A DNA stretch of 23,849 nucleotides from Bdellovibrionota bacterium. GTDB taxonomy: Bacteria; Bdellovibrionota_C; UBA2361; JBGSMV01. A model generated the notes under the pieces. That model had not been told where the DNA came from. It ran no database searches and saw only the letters and a list, made by a program, of their open reading frames with translations. The DNA is taken from the NCBI GenBank assembly GCA_041739995.1, contig JBGSMV010000069.1, forward strand, positions 1 to 23,849, written 5' to 3'. Made by a program: the position numbers and the translations under genes. Below are positions 1 to 8,556 of the stretch, piece by piece (the first letter of the stretch is position 1; each line of letters opens with the position of its first letter).

Positions 1-2
1 GA

Positions 3-1772
3 GGCTTAGAGCCTGCGCTTGGAGATTGGCACCTTGGGGTAATCGGAGTGTTGGGGCTTCCGATGCGCAGCCGCACGGGACTCCTCGATGCGCTAAATCG
101 CCTAGCAATTCCCTATCGATGGGTGAACAGATTTGTTCCGCTTGGAAAACAAGATGCCCTAAAGGAGCTCAGAGAATACAAGCGAAAGTGGTTCGCGAAG
201 AGAAAAGGGATAGGGGTTATTATTAGCGAGATAATTTCAGGTGCTCAATCGGCGATGGTTGACACTGATGCGCTAAATAAGAGTGATGATGCTGATCAGG
301 CTCTACAGGAAGTGGCGGATGATCACGTGGCGTTTGGCTACTATACGCCAGTAGTGGTCTTGATGGACCGCGAGGCTGATAAGCTGCGCAGTCACGTCCG
401 TGAAGTGGAGCGAGTGATTAATTCCCACGGATTTGCAACGAGAATCGAAGACCTAAATGCTGTGGATGCGTGGCTTGGCTCAGTGCCTGGAAACTGCAGG
501 CACAATGTGCGACGTCCCATCATAAACACGCTGAACTTTACTCATCTGATGCCGCTCTCGGCGGTGTTCGCTGGTCCGAAGCGTAATCGCCATTTGGATG
601 GCCCACCACTATTCTATGCGAGCACTGGAGGGAGCACCCCATTTAGATTCGTTCCGCACATCGGAGACGTGGGGCATACGCTGATACTTGGTCCTACTGG
701 ATCCGGAAAGTCGACGCTCCTGTCATTTCTTGAGCTGCAGTTTCAGCGCTATCCAGACGCCCAGGTGTACATCTTTGATAAGGGGGGCTCTGCAAAGATT
801 GCGACCTATGGGGTCGGAGGTGACTACTACGAGCTCGGCGAGGATTCCTCCAAGTTGAGTTTCCAGCCCCTTGGTCACATCCATGAAGATAGTGAGCGGC
901 GTTGGGCGCATGAGTGGTTGCTTGATATTTTAGTGCAAGAAAACGTGACGCTTACCCCGTACCACAAGCAGGAGGTGTGGAGCGCACTAGGAAGGCTCGC
1001 TACGGCCCCTACGGCACAGAGAACGATGACTGGTTTTGTGTGCATGTTGCAAGACAATGAGCTGCGAAGGGCGCTGCATGGATACACGGTAGAAGGCGCG
1101 CATGGCGGCTTGCTGGATAGTGATAGCGACAACTTAAGCTATGGCCACTGGCAAACGTTTGAGACTGAGCATCTCATGAATCGAAAGCAGGCTGTGGCTC
1201 CGGTGCTGGCGTACTTGTTCCATCGCTTGGAGCAGCGGTTCAAAGGGCAACCGACGCTACTTGTTCTGGATGAAGCGTGGTTGTTTCTCGACCATCCGGC
1301 ATTTGCAGCGAAGATTCGCGAGTGGTTGAAGGTGCTTCGAAAAGCGAACGTGATGGTTGTTTTTGCAACGCAGTCACTCGCCGATGTCGACCAGAGTGTG
1401 GTGGCAAAGACAATTCGAGAGGCGTGCTTCACAAAAATTTATCTCCCAAACGGCGCAGCGTTGAACGAGGATGCGTTCGAAATGTATCGACGCTTTGGTC
1501 TTAATAAGAGGCAAGTCGAGATAGTCGCCAAGTCAATGCCGAAGCGGCACTACTACTATACCTCTCCACTGGGGAATCGGTTGTTTGAGCTGGGTTTGGG
1601 GGAAGCGGCCCTTGCCTACTGCGCTGCGAGTTCAAAGGAAATCCAAAGTTTTGCAGACGAGCTTAAGCAGCGCACAGCATCTGCCTCCGAGTTTAATCAG
1701 CACTATCTCGCGGGGCTAGGGCGACAGAACCTCGGCGTAAAGTTAGCTCAGCTTGAGAAGGAGGAAGTATGA
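3..1772 (+). CDS. trbE: Conjugal transfer ATPase TrbE (VirB4 family), 5'-truncated by window edge
   Basis: Frame is open from position 3 (GLEPALGDWHLGVIGVLGLP...LLDALNRLAIPYRW). Walker A GHTLILGPTGSGKST, FDKGGS motif, Walker B LLVLDEAW and IREWLKVLRKANVMVVFATQS are TrbE/VirB4 hallmarks. ATGA overlap with trbJ. Confidence 0.96.
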   Translation, partial: GLEPALGDWHLGVIGVLGLPMRSRTGLLDALNRLAIPYRWVNRFVPLGKQDALKELREYKRKWFAKRKGIGVIISEIISGAQSAMVDTDALNKSDDADQALQEVADDHVAFGYYTPVVVLMDREADKLRSHVREVERVINSHGFATRIEDLNAVDAWLGSVPGNCRHNVRRPIINTLNFTHLMPLSAVFAGPKRNRHLDGPPLFYASTGGSTPFRFVPHIGDVGHTLILGPTGSGKSTLLSFLELQFQRYPDAQVYIFDKGGSAKIATYGVGGDYYELGEDSSKLSFQPLGHIHEDSERRWAHEWLLDILVQENVTLTPYHKQEVWSALGRLATAPTAQRTMTGFVCMLQDNELRRALHGYTVEGAHGGLLDSDSDNLSYGHWQTFETEHLMNRKQAVAPVLAYLFHRLEQRFKGQPTLLVLDEAWLFLDHPAFAAKIREWLKVLRKANVMVVFATQSLADVDQSVVAKTIREACFTKIYLPNGAALNEDAFEMYRRFGLNKRQVEIVAKSMPKRHYYYTSPLGNRLFELGLGEAALAYCAASSKEIQSFADELKQRTASASEFNQHYLAGLGRQNLGVKLAQLEKEEV

Positions 1773-2524
1773 AACGGCACATAGTGCGAGTAGTTCTCTG
1801 CGTGACCCTTGGGGTCTATGGGGTGCTTCAACCGAGTGGTGTACGAGCAATCACGGTATTTGATCCCTCAAACTTCATGCAGAACGTGCTGACGGCGTTT
1901 CGAACACTGCAAAGCAATGTGAATGAAATCGAAATGATGGCGAATCAAGTTCGCCAAATTGAGATGATGATAAGGAATCTGGAGAAACTCGATTTTGATA
2001 TTCTAGATGATTACAACAGCCAGTTTCAGCAAATCTTTCACCAACTAGGTACCGTAGATGGGCTCATTAACGGACTAGATACTCTTGCGGACAAGTTCGA
2101 GGAGCTCTACCCGTTGTTAGATGAGCAGGGACAAGCGCCGATGACGCCCGAGGAGTTTGATTTCAAACTAACAGAAATGCGCCGGCAGAGTCAGAATATG
2201 GTGCAAGGCTCGCTTCGCGTAGCGGCAACGGTAATGGAGCAGCTGCCGCAGACGCAGAGTCAGTTTGATCAGCTCGTCGCTACCTCCCAGGGTGCAACTG
2301 GTATTTTGCAAGCGACGCAGGCTGGGAACCAAATTCTTGCCACACTTGGAGGTGAGACGATGAAGCTGAACACCATGATCGCCCACTTTCAACAGGCGAC
2401 TGTTGCAGCTCAGGCCCAAGAAAATACTGAGCGTGCAGCGGCCAAAATCGCAGATAAGAAGCTACTCGCCGGTTGGGAGTCCCCAATCAAACGAGTGCGC
2501 GTAGGTAACGATCCCATTCGGTAG
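1769..2524 (+). CDS. trbJ: P-type conjugative transfer protein TrbJ (VirB5-like)
   Basis: Signal peptide followed by ITVFDPSNFMQNVLTAFRTLQ; Q-rich helical body; SQGATGILQATQAGNQILA motif typical of TrbJ; lies between trbE and trbL; GAGGA RBS. Confidence 0.92.
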   Translation: MKRHIVRVVLCVTLGVYGVLQPSGVRAITVFDPSNFMQNVLTAFRTLQSNVNEIEMMANQVRQIEMMIRNLEKLDFDILDDYNSQFQQIFHQLGTVDGLINGLDTLADKFEELYPLLDEQGQAPMTPEEFDFKLTEMRRQSQNMVQGSLRVAATVMEQLPQTQSQFDQLVATSQGATGILQATQAGNQILATLGGETMKLNTMIAHFQQATVAAQAQENTERAAAKIADKKLLAGWESPIKRVRVGNDPIR

Positions 2525-2531
2525 AGGAAGT

Positions 2532-3947
2532 ATGGCGGCCCAAGAAGGAGTGGTAGCGACGATTTCGCCGTTGAACGAAACTGTTCTATTGTTCGAGGAC
2601 ACAATCAATCGCGGGATTCTTGCGATTGGCCCTTACTCGCTGTCTTTGCTCACGTCGCTGCTCATTATTGAAGTGGTTGTTTTGGCGTTACTTTGGGCTG
2701 CCGATGGGGGTCCCCAACTTGGAAAAGCGATCCAACGAATTTTCGTAGTTACCATTCTCTCGGGGTTGCTCCTGAATGGAGGACAAAATTACAAGGATGC
2801 AGTTGATGTGGTGAGGAGATCGGCGGAGGCTGTGGGAGGTAAGACCGGTGCTGGCTCGCGTGTGGGAGGAGTGCCTGGGCAAGCGGAAGTAGAGCCGCTT
2901 TCGGTGCGCCAGCCGGATTCGATTATCGAGCGCGGATTCCTACTGGTAGGAAAGCAGGTCGCGGAATCGAGCAGTGGCGTGTTCGGAATCCTTGCTGGAG
3001 GATTCACTCTATTATTGGCTTTTATGACCTTAATGGCTTTCGCCGTGCTCGCGCTTGTCTGTGCCGTTACTTACATTGAGCTACAACTACTAATGGTGTG
3101 CGGAATGATACTGCTTCCGTTTGGGGTGTTCCGGCCGACGGCGTTTCTCGCTGAAAAGGTCTTTGGAATGATCGTCTCCTTTGCCGTTCGCATATTAGTT
3201 TTGAGCGTAATGATCGGTATCGCCAATGACCGACTTACCACGGTGGGTCCGGCCGACATTTCGAATTGGCCTCACATGGTGAATCTAGCGGTGCTCGCGT
3301 TGCTTCTGTCTGTGCTTGGATGGCATGCGCCGTCTATGGCTGCGAGTCTGCTCACGGGCACGCCGAGTCTCAATCCTGGAGCGGCGATGGCAACAGGAGC
3401 TGCGATGGTGGGGTCTTCGGCAATGCGAGTGGTGGGTAGTGCTGCGTCTGCGCCGTATGCCGCCGGCGCCGGGGCGGTTGCGGGCGCGCTGGCTGGAGGC
3501 GCGAGTGCTCTTGGTGGATTCATGCGAGGCGGAGGATCTGGTTCGTCGCCAACGCCGCCTACTCTCCCGAGTTTAGGCGGTGATGGTGGGGTGCCAAAGC
3601 CGAATTCGAGTGCCATGCCAAAAGGAGGAGATAGTTCGAGTTTCCCTGGAGGTAGTGGCGCAAACGGTCCTTTATCGACTGCTTCTGCGGCATCACAGCG
3701 AAGCTTTGTTGGGGCGGCGCTGAAAGGTGGCCTTGCAACTGGTGCCGGTGCGGTATTGGGAGCAGTGGGCGGTACCGGAAGCGCTGCAATAGCGCAGCTA
3801 GCGGGAGGAAAGAATCGCGCAGTAGGTGGGGCGTTTAGTCCAGCCGCCTATTTCAACTCCGTGATCAAACACGCAGGAGCGGGTGCTCTCGACGTGGGCA
3901 AGAATGTCGGCCAGAAAATGGCTAACCCCAATGAATCAAAGAAATAG
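2532..3947 (+). CDS. trbL: P-type conjugative transfer protein TrbL (VirB6 family)
   Basis: Multiple TM segments; YIELQLLMVCGMILLPFGVFRPTAFLAEKVFG and APSMAASLLTGTPSL motifs; Gly/Ala/Ser-rich C-terminal tail characteristic of TrbL. Confidence 0.92.
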   Translation: MAAQEGVVATISPLNETVLLFEDTINRGILAIGPYSLSLLTSLLIIEVVVLALLWAADGGPQLGKAIQRIFVVTILSGLLLNGGQNYKDAVDVVRRSAEAVGGKTGAGSRVGGVPGQAEVEPLSVRQPDSIIERGFLLVGKQVAESSSGVFGILAGGFTLLLAFMTLMAFAVLALVCAVTYIELQLLMVCGMILLPFGVFRPTAFLAEKVFGMIVSFAVRILVLSVMIGIANDRLTTVGPADISNWPHMVNLAVLALLLSVLGWHAPSMAASLLTGTPSLNPGAAMATGAAMVGSSAMRVVGSAASAPYAAGAGAVAGALAGGASALGGFMRGGGSGSSPTPPTLPSLGGDGGVPKPNSSAMPKGGDSSSFPGGSGANGPLSTASAASQRSFVGAALKGGLATGAGAVLGAVGGTGSAAIAQLAGGKNRAVGGAFSPAAYFNSVIKHAGAGALDVGKNVGQKMANPNESKK

Positions 3948-3967
3948 TGACGCCTCCGGCAATCGTC

Positions 3968-3986
3968 CCCATCTGAGGTAACCCCC
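3968..3986 (+). repeat. Imperfect direct repeat copy 1 (CCCATCTGAGGTAACCCCC), possible operator
   Basis: Resembles CCCATCTGTGTACCCCC at 4695-4711; the two copies flank the inserted gene and each lies upstream of a start codon. Confidence 0.45.
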
Positions 3987-4065
3987 GTCGAAAGCGGAGA
4001 ACGGTAGAACTGTACGTGCGGTATGCGTATTGGTCTCTAACCGCGGAGACTATGAACGGGGGCCT

Positions 4066-4668
4066 ATGAGAAAGCTTGTTCTGCAGTTTGTTGGCGACAA
4101 GGAGTACGAACTCTTCGAAAGTTGTTTTGTTCATCCTCTGATTGAGGAGGAGCGACGCTGTGTTCGGGGAAAAAGGAGTGGAGCCTACCGAGGATTTAGT
4201 ACATTCCAATGGACGAAGGCTGTACAGGCAGTTTCTCTGCTCTTCATAGAAGCCGCTATTCGAAAGTTCCAGCCTGCCTATGGGCCTCTCCTGGTTGGCC
4301 CAAAGGGAAGTCCCGCGAGTTCCCTCGATTACGCCATTGATAAGCAAACGGAGTGGTTGACGGAGATGTTTGGGTGGACACCAGCGGGCACTGGGGTGAC
4401 CAAGAGACTGTTCCTTCGCTCAAACCCTGGGCAAAGATATCAGGGCCCAGTGGGCGTATCCATTAATTTGAACTGCCTCGCCTATGAGGAGATCGAAATT
4501 CTTCTAAATTACGAAGTACAACACTCGCTTCTTCAACTTACTCACCTGAAAGAAGCTATTCAGCAAAGGGCGCCGGAAGTCTGCACAAAGAAGGTACCTG
4601 CTCTTGCGCTAGTCAGGAGGAAGTCGCTCCTAGGAGAGCTCGATGGTGTGTTGGCGTTGGCCGACTAG
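4066..4668 (+). CDS. Hypothetical cytoplasmic protein inserted in the trb cluster; probable paralogue of 14776..15618
   Basis: 200-aa ORF from ATG 4066 with G-rich RBS (ORF track starts at TTG 4030); no signal peptide; colinear similarity to the N-terminal ~170 aa of the 14776 protein. Confidence 0.8.
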   Translation: MRKLVLQFVGDKEYELFESCFVHPLIEEERRCVRGKRSGAYRGFSTFQWTKAVQAVSLLFIEAAIRKFQPAYGPLLVGPKGSPASSLDYAIDKQTEWLTEMFGWTPAGTGVTKRLFLRSNPGQRYQGPVGVSINLNCLAYEEIEILLNYEVQHSLLQLTHLKEAIQQRAPEVCTKKVPALALVRRKSLLGELDGVLALAD

Positions 4669-4694
4669 TCCGTGAAGCAAGATAGGGGGCAGTA

Positions 4695-4711
4695 CCCATC
4701 TGTGTACCCCC
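4695..4711 (+). repeat. Imperfect direct repeat copy 2 (CCCATCTGTGTACCCCC), possible operator upstream of trbF
   Basis: See 3968-3986; also overlaps a local GTACCC-N6-GTACCC direct repeat. Confidence 0.45.
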
Positions 4712-4737
4712 ATGGAGAAAAGAAACAGAGGTAAGAG

Positions 4738-5496
4738 GTGAGTATGTCAACAAAAGGCGAATTGTTATCAGCCCCACTATCGATGAAACCACAAGCTGGC
4801 CCGGCGACTCCGTACCTGCGCGCGCGACAGGAGTGGGACGATCGGTTGGGTGGTCTTTACCAACAGAGCTGCATGTGGAGGGGGGCGACGTTTGTCTCGT
4901 CCTCCGCCGCTGCGGTCCTTGCGGGCGCGCTCTTTATAATGGTGAACAAGGCGAGCGTGGTGCCTGTGATTGTGGGACTAGATCGCGAGCGTGGTGAGCC
5001 GGTTGTGATCGGGCCAGCTGCGCCAGGTCAATTTAGGCCAGGCCCTACCGAGGTGAGGTACTTCCTTACCCAATTAGTGAACAACGTGCGTGGAGTGCCG
5101 CTTGATCCAGTGGTGATGCGAAAGAGTTGGGAGCATGCGTATGCGTATCTTACATCTGATGCGGCAACGCTGATGGGGGAGTGGGCGCGTAAACCTGAAA
5201 GCAACGTATCTCAAATCGGAAAGCGCACCGTTACCGTGCAACCAATTGCAATCACCCAAGTAGCTAACAGCGAGTCGTATCAGGCCAGGTGGCAGGAGAC
5301 AGTATACGACAACGGTGGGCGAGTCTTAGATGAGTACACGATGACTGGGTTGTTCACTGTGGTGCGAAAGGACCCCACAGGAGAGGAAGTGTTGTGGATG
5401 AATCCGTTGGGGCTCTACGTCTCAAATTTTCAATGGTCGAGGGAGTTAACCCCGGAGCGAAACGTGTATGCACAAAGGGCGTTGCATGAGAGCTAG
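4738..5496 (+). CDS. trbF: Conjugal transfer protein TrbF (VirB8 family)
   Basis: TPYLRARQEWDDRLG, single TM, VRGVPLDPVVMRKSWEHAYAYLT, SYQARWQE and NPLGLYVSNFQWSREL are TrbF/VirB8 motifs. Start GTG 4738 or ATG 4744. Confidence 0.95.
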   Translation: MSMSTKGELLSAPLSMKPQAGPATPYLRARQEWDDRLGGLYQQSCMWRGATFVSSSAAAVLAGALFIMVNKASVVPVIVGLDRERGEPVVIGPAAPGQFRPGPTEVRYFLTQLVNNVRGVPLDPVVMRKSWEHAYAYLTSDAATLMGEWARKPESNVSQIGKRTVTVQPIAITQVANSESYQARWQETVYDNGGRVLDEYTMTGLFTVVRKDPTGEEVLWMNPLGLYVSNFQWSRELTPERNVYAQRALHES

Positions 5497-6523
5497 AATC
5501 TTACTAAGCGCCACTCTCGCGGTGCTCGTGCCAGTAATTGCCTGGGCGGACGGGCTTAGAACACCGTCGGCTAAGGAGCAGATGTTGCGTGAAATTGTGG
5601 AGAGCGCTGCCTACGACGCCAAGAAGGACATGGAGAGAACTCTGCAGGTTGACGCTCCAGAACAGACGATGCCAGAGGAGGTGGTGCCAGCGCCTAGAAA
5701 GGCCAAGGGAGATAAGACTGCGGAGCTAATTAGTGAGCTGTCTCGAGATGTAGATCTTCTGCAGTCGCGACTGGTGGTCCAGCGTGCCTCGCTGCTCGCC
5801 ACAGAAAAACCTAAGAATGCAATCACCATGAAAGCGAAGACAATCTATCCCTATGTGGAGGGCGGGGTCTTCGAGGTGCACGCTGCCAAAGAGTTTGTGA
5901 CCGACATTCAGCTCGAAGATGGCGAAGAGTTGCTCAATGCCCCAATTGCTGGCGATACGGTCCGTTGGAAGACGGCGGTGGTGCAGAGTGGGAAACGAGC
6001 GGAGCGAAAGACTCACATCATGCTTCGGCCACTCGACGACCATTTAGAAACAAACATTATCCTCACCACGACTAAGCGCACGTATCACCTCAATGCCAGT
6101 AGTGGTGCGTGGCATATGCCGGTCGTTGCGTGGACCTATCCACAGGACGAAGAGGAGCAGCGTTTCGCCCAAGCAAGGGAGGACGATGAGGAGGATCTGC
6201 TTGCGGGTGTAACTCCGGAGAAGTTGAACTTCGAATATGCGGTTTCCGGTGAGGATTATGGGTGGAAGCCGATACGAGTATTTGATGATGGCGCTAAGAC
6301 CTACCTCCAAATGCCCCTTGCCATGAGAGTCAATGAGGCCCCTGCGCTGTTCGTGTTTGTAGACGGGGATCCGAAGCTTGTGAACTACCGAGTAGCGAGA
6401 GGCTACTTCATTGTGGACCGTTTGTTTGAGGATGCGGAATTGAGGGTGGGTCGTGATAGGCGAGTAACGGTGAGAAGTAGGGAGCGCTCACAAAGATCGT
6501 TTCTTGATCGGCTTTTTGATTGA
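5486..6523 (+). CDS. trbG: P-type conjugative transfer protein TrbG (VirB9/CagX family)
   Basis: Signal peptide MRARILLSATLAVLVPVIAWA; VTDIQLEDGE, AGDTVRW, TTTKRTYHL, LNFEY...WKPIRVFDDGAKTYLQMP, EAPALFV, LVNYRV...YFIVDRLF motifs. Alternative start 5468. Confidence 0.95.
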   Translation: MRARILLSATLAVLVPVIAWADGLRTPSAKEQMLREIVESAAYDAKKDMERTLQVDAPEQTMPEEVVPAPRKAKGDKTAELISELSRDVDLLQSRLVVQRASLLATEKPKNAITMKAKTIYPYVEGGVFEVHAAKEFVTDIQLEDGEELLNAPIAGDTVRWKTAVVQSGKRAERKTHIMLRPLDDHLETNIILTTTKRTYHLNASSGAWHMPVVAWTYPQDEEEQRFAQAREDDEEDLLAGVTPEKLNFEYAVSGEDYGWKPIRVFDDGAKTYLQMPLAMRVNEAPALFVFVDGDPKLVNYRVARGYFIVDRLFEDAELRVGRDRRVTVRSRERSQRSFLDRLFD

Positions 6524-6532
6524 GGTGGTGTC

Positions 6533-7690
6533 ATGCAACAGCAGCCTGTTTTGCGCCCTGCGGGACGCTTTCTCAACCGGAACCTCATTATTGTCGTAGT
6601 CGCAGCGCTGATGGTGATGGTTCTGTACTCAGTGGTGCAGGGGTTTGCGGCGCAGAGGCAGAAAGCTAGCCGACCGCAGGAGGTTCAGGTCGCAACTAGC
6701 ACTGGAATTTTGCAGCAGTTCCCAAGTTCCTATGACCGCATTCCCAGGCCTGTCGCTACGCAGCAACCGGTAGAGATTCGAGCACGCATGAGCGAGCGTA
6801 AGGTGGAGGCGGCGCCTCCTTCCGAACTCGAGCGATTGAGGGCGAGACTCGCTCTTCAGGCACTGCAAGCGGACCTTGTAATGGATGTGCGAAGTGCGGG
6901 TCGAGCTGGCTTGCCATCCACTGAGGTACAACCTGTCGCCCAAAACGCAGTGCAGCAGAACGGGCTCTCTATTGGAGTTTCGCTTGGTGCTTCTGGTGGT
7001 GGACCGGAGGTGTTGAATCCTCGTGATGGTTCCTCGCGGCAAGATGAGAAAGAGCAGTTTTTATCGAAAGCTCGGGATCCAAGTTTCGAGCATTCTTTCG
7101 GACTTGAGCCTGCTGGAAGTCCGTACACCATGATGGCTGGAACTATCATTCCTGGAGTGCTGATAAGTGGAATCAATAGTGATCTTCCAGGCCAGATTCT
7201 TGGGCAGGTCTCCGAAAACATTTTCGATACAAAACTGGGGAGACACTTGCTCGTTCCGCAGGGGACAAAGGTGATTGGACAGTATGATTCACGGGTGGTG
7301 TACGGGCAGGACAGGGTGCTTGTGGTGTGGACTAGGCTTGGGTTTCCAAATGGCACGGCCCTTTCGCTCGACGGTATGCCTGGAATGGATATGTCTGGGT
7401 ACGCGGGACTTAAAGATAAGGTGAATCATCACTTCTTGAGGCTGCTCACTGGAGTGGTGCTCGGCTCGATGCTCGGAGCTGGGGCGCAGATAGCGCAGGG
7501 CGACACGGGGACGTTGGATCCTTCCTTTTCGCAGCTAGCCTTGCAAGGTGCGGCGCAAAACATAAATCAGGCGGGTCAGCGAATTACGGAGAAGAATTTA
7601 GATATTCAGCCAACGATAGAAATTCGTCCTGGTCATCGTTTCTCTGTCTTCGTCACTAAGGACGTAGTGTTGAAACCATACAGAGAGTAG
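6533..7690 (+). CDS. trbI: Conjugal transfer protein TrbI (VirB10 family)
   Basis: N-terminal TM; AGTIIPGVLISGINSDLPG, PQGTKVIGQYDS, QDRVLVVWTRL, GYAGLKDKVNHH and IQPTIEIRPG VirB10 motifs. Confidence 0.96.
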   Translation: MQQQPVLRPAGRFLNRNLIIVVVAALMVMVLYSVVQGFAAQRQKASRPQEVQVATSTGILQQFPSSYDRIPRPVATQQPVEIRARMSERKVEAAPPSELERLRARLALQALQADLVMDVRSAGRAGLPSTEVQPVAQNAVQQNGLSIGVSLGASGGGPEVLNPRDGSSRQDEKEQFLSKARDPSFEHSFGLEPAGSPYTMMAGTIIPGVLISGINSDLPGQILGQVSENIFDTKLGRHLLVPQGTKVIGQYDSRVVYGQDRVLVVWTRLGFPNGTALSLDGMPGMDMSGYAGLKDKVNHHFLRLLTGVVLGSMLGAGAQIAQGDTGTLDPSFSQLALQGAAQNINQAGQRITEKNLDIQPTIEIRPGHRFSVFVTKDVVLKPYRE

Positions 7691-7698
7691 GGGGTGAT

Positions 7699-8106
7699 AT
7701 GAACAAGGTGTTTTTAATGGGAGCGGCGGTGGAACGTCCGGAGCTCAAGAAGGGTCGCTCTGGCACGCTGTACTGTGAGCTCAAGCTGGCAACCAATGAT
7801 CGGCGCCGAGCTGCGGATGGAGTGCTAGAGAGAACGGTGAAGTGGCATAGGGTGTTGTGTTTCGGTGACGTTGCTCAATTGGTCAGTGAGCAAGTGAGGT
7901 CGGGAACGGCGGTCATGGTTGAGGGTCGGCTGGAGCCGAAGCTCGTTCGTCGACAGGCAGGGAGTGACTTCGTGCAAACGGAAATTTTTGCGAGCAGCGT
8001 TGAGTTTCCGGAGGGGCGCTTACGGAGACGAGGTGCGCGAGTAGCTGCGATTAGCGCCATGCGCGCACGGGCAAATGGTCCGATGGAGGTGCGTGATGAA
8101 AGTTAG
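7699..8106 (+). CDS. ssb: Single-stranded DNA-binding protein (OB fold) lacking the acidic C-terminal tip
   Basis: MNKVFLMG...PEL, LATND, KWHRVLCFG, GTAVMVEGRL and TEIFASSVEF match the SSB pattern; GGGGG RBS; starts 8 bp after the trbI stop. Confidence 0.88.
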   Translation: MNKVFLMGAAVERPELKKGRSGTLYCELKLATNDRRRAADGVLERTVKWHRVLCFGDVAQLVSEQVRSGTAVMVEGRLEPKLVRRQAGSDFVQTEIFASSVEFPEGRLRRRGARVAAISAMRARANGPMEVRDES

Positions 8107-8470
8107 GTTGGAGGTGGTCGTAGTGATAGTGGGTTTGTTGGTAACAGGCTGCGCCCCCAAGGTGGCTCCTCTAGGGTCGAGTGCGTCTCTTGGAACGTAT
8201 CAGTTTGACTATCTAGTAGAGGCGGCTGGAAAAACTGGGACGGTACAAGTGTTCGATGATTGTCAGCAAACCTATATTCAGCTGTATCCGACTCCTAGCG
8301 ACATAGGAAGGTTGACCTTGAGCGCAGATGGAAAGCAGCGAGGACTCTCCTCTAGTGGGGGGTTCTTAGTGACTCCTGGGCTCTTTGAAACGGGCACGCT
8401 ACGTTTCGGCAAGGCTGAAACGACGATAACTAGGCAGCACAGCTCGTGTTTTCACAATGGCGGAACGTAA
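8096..8470 (+). CDS. Small lipoprotein consisting of one VirB9/TrbG C-terminal-like domain
   Basis: ATG 8096 with GGAGGT RBS; lipobox LLVTG-C; YQFDYLVEAAGKTGTVQVFDDCQQTYIQL parallels LNFEYAVSGEDYGWKPIRVFDDGAKTYLQM of TrbG in this window; overlaps the ssb stop. Confidence 0.75.
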   Translation: MKVRLEVVVVIVGLLVTGCAPKVAPLGSSASLGTYQFDYLVEAAGKTGTVQVFDDCQQTYIQLYPTPSDIGRLTLSADGKQRGLSSSGGFLVTPGLFETGTLRFGKAETTITRQHSSCFHNGGT

Positions 8471-8502
8471 CCTTAAACTCACGGAATAGATCAAAAGTTC
8501 AG

Positions 8503-8530
8503 TAGACTCAGAATAAACTCGAAATATACT
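8503..8530 (+). promoter_or_regulatory. Possible sigma70-type promoter for the giant pseudopilin gene
   Basis: TAGACT-N16-TATACT in an AT-rich intergenic gap; GGAG RBS at 8548-8551 before ATG 8557. Confidence 0.35.
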
Positions 8531-8556
8531 ACACAGAACGTCTGAACGGAGTGTCC

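Larger units (their letters stand above)
1..8470 (+). mobile_element. Trb mating-pair-formation module of possible ICE/plasmid origin
   Basis: trbE-J-L-F-G-I order as in Tn4371-type ICEs and Ti-type trb operons, plus ssb. No relaxase, coupling protein, integrase or att site is visible, so mobility is not shown. Confidence 0.35.

Noticed and set aside
3370..3947. Gly/Ala/Ser/Pro low-complexity stretch as a repeat element or novel domain
   Set aside because: Such tails are normal for TrbL, and there is no regular nucleotide repeat unit.
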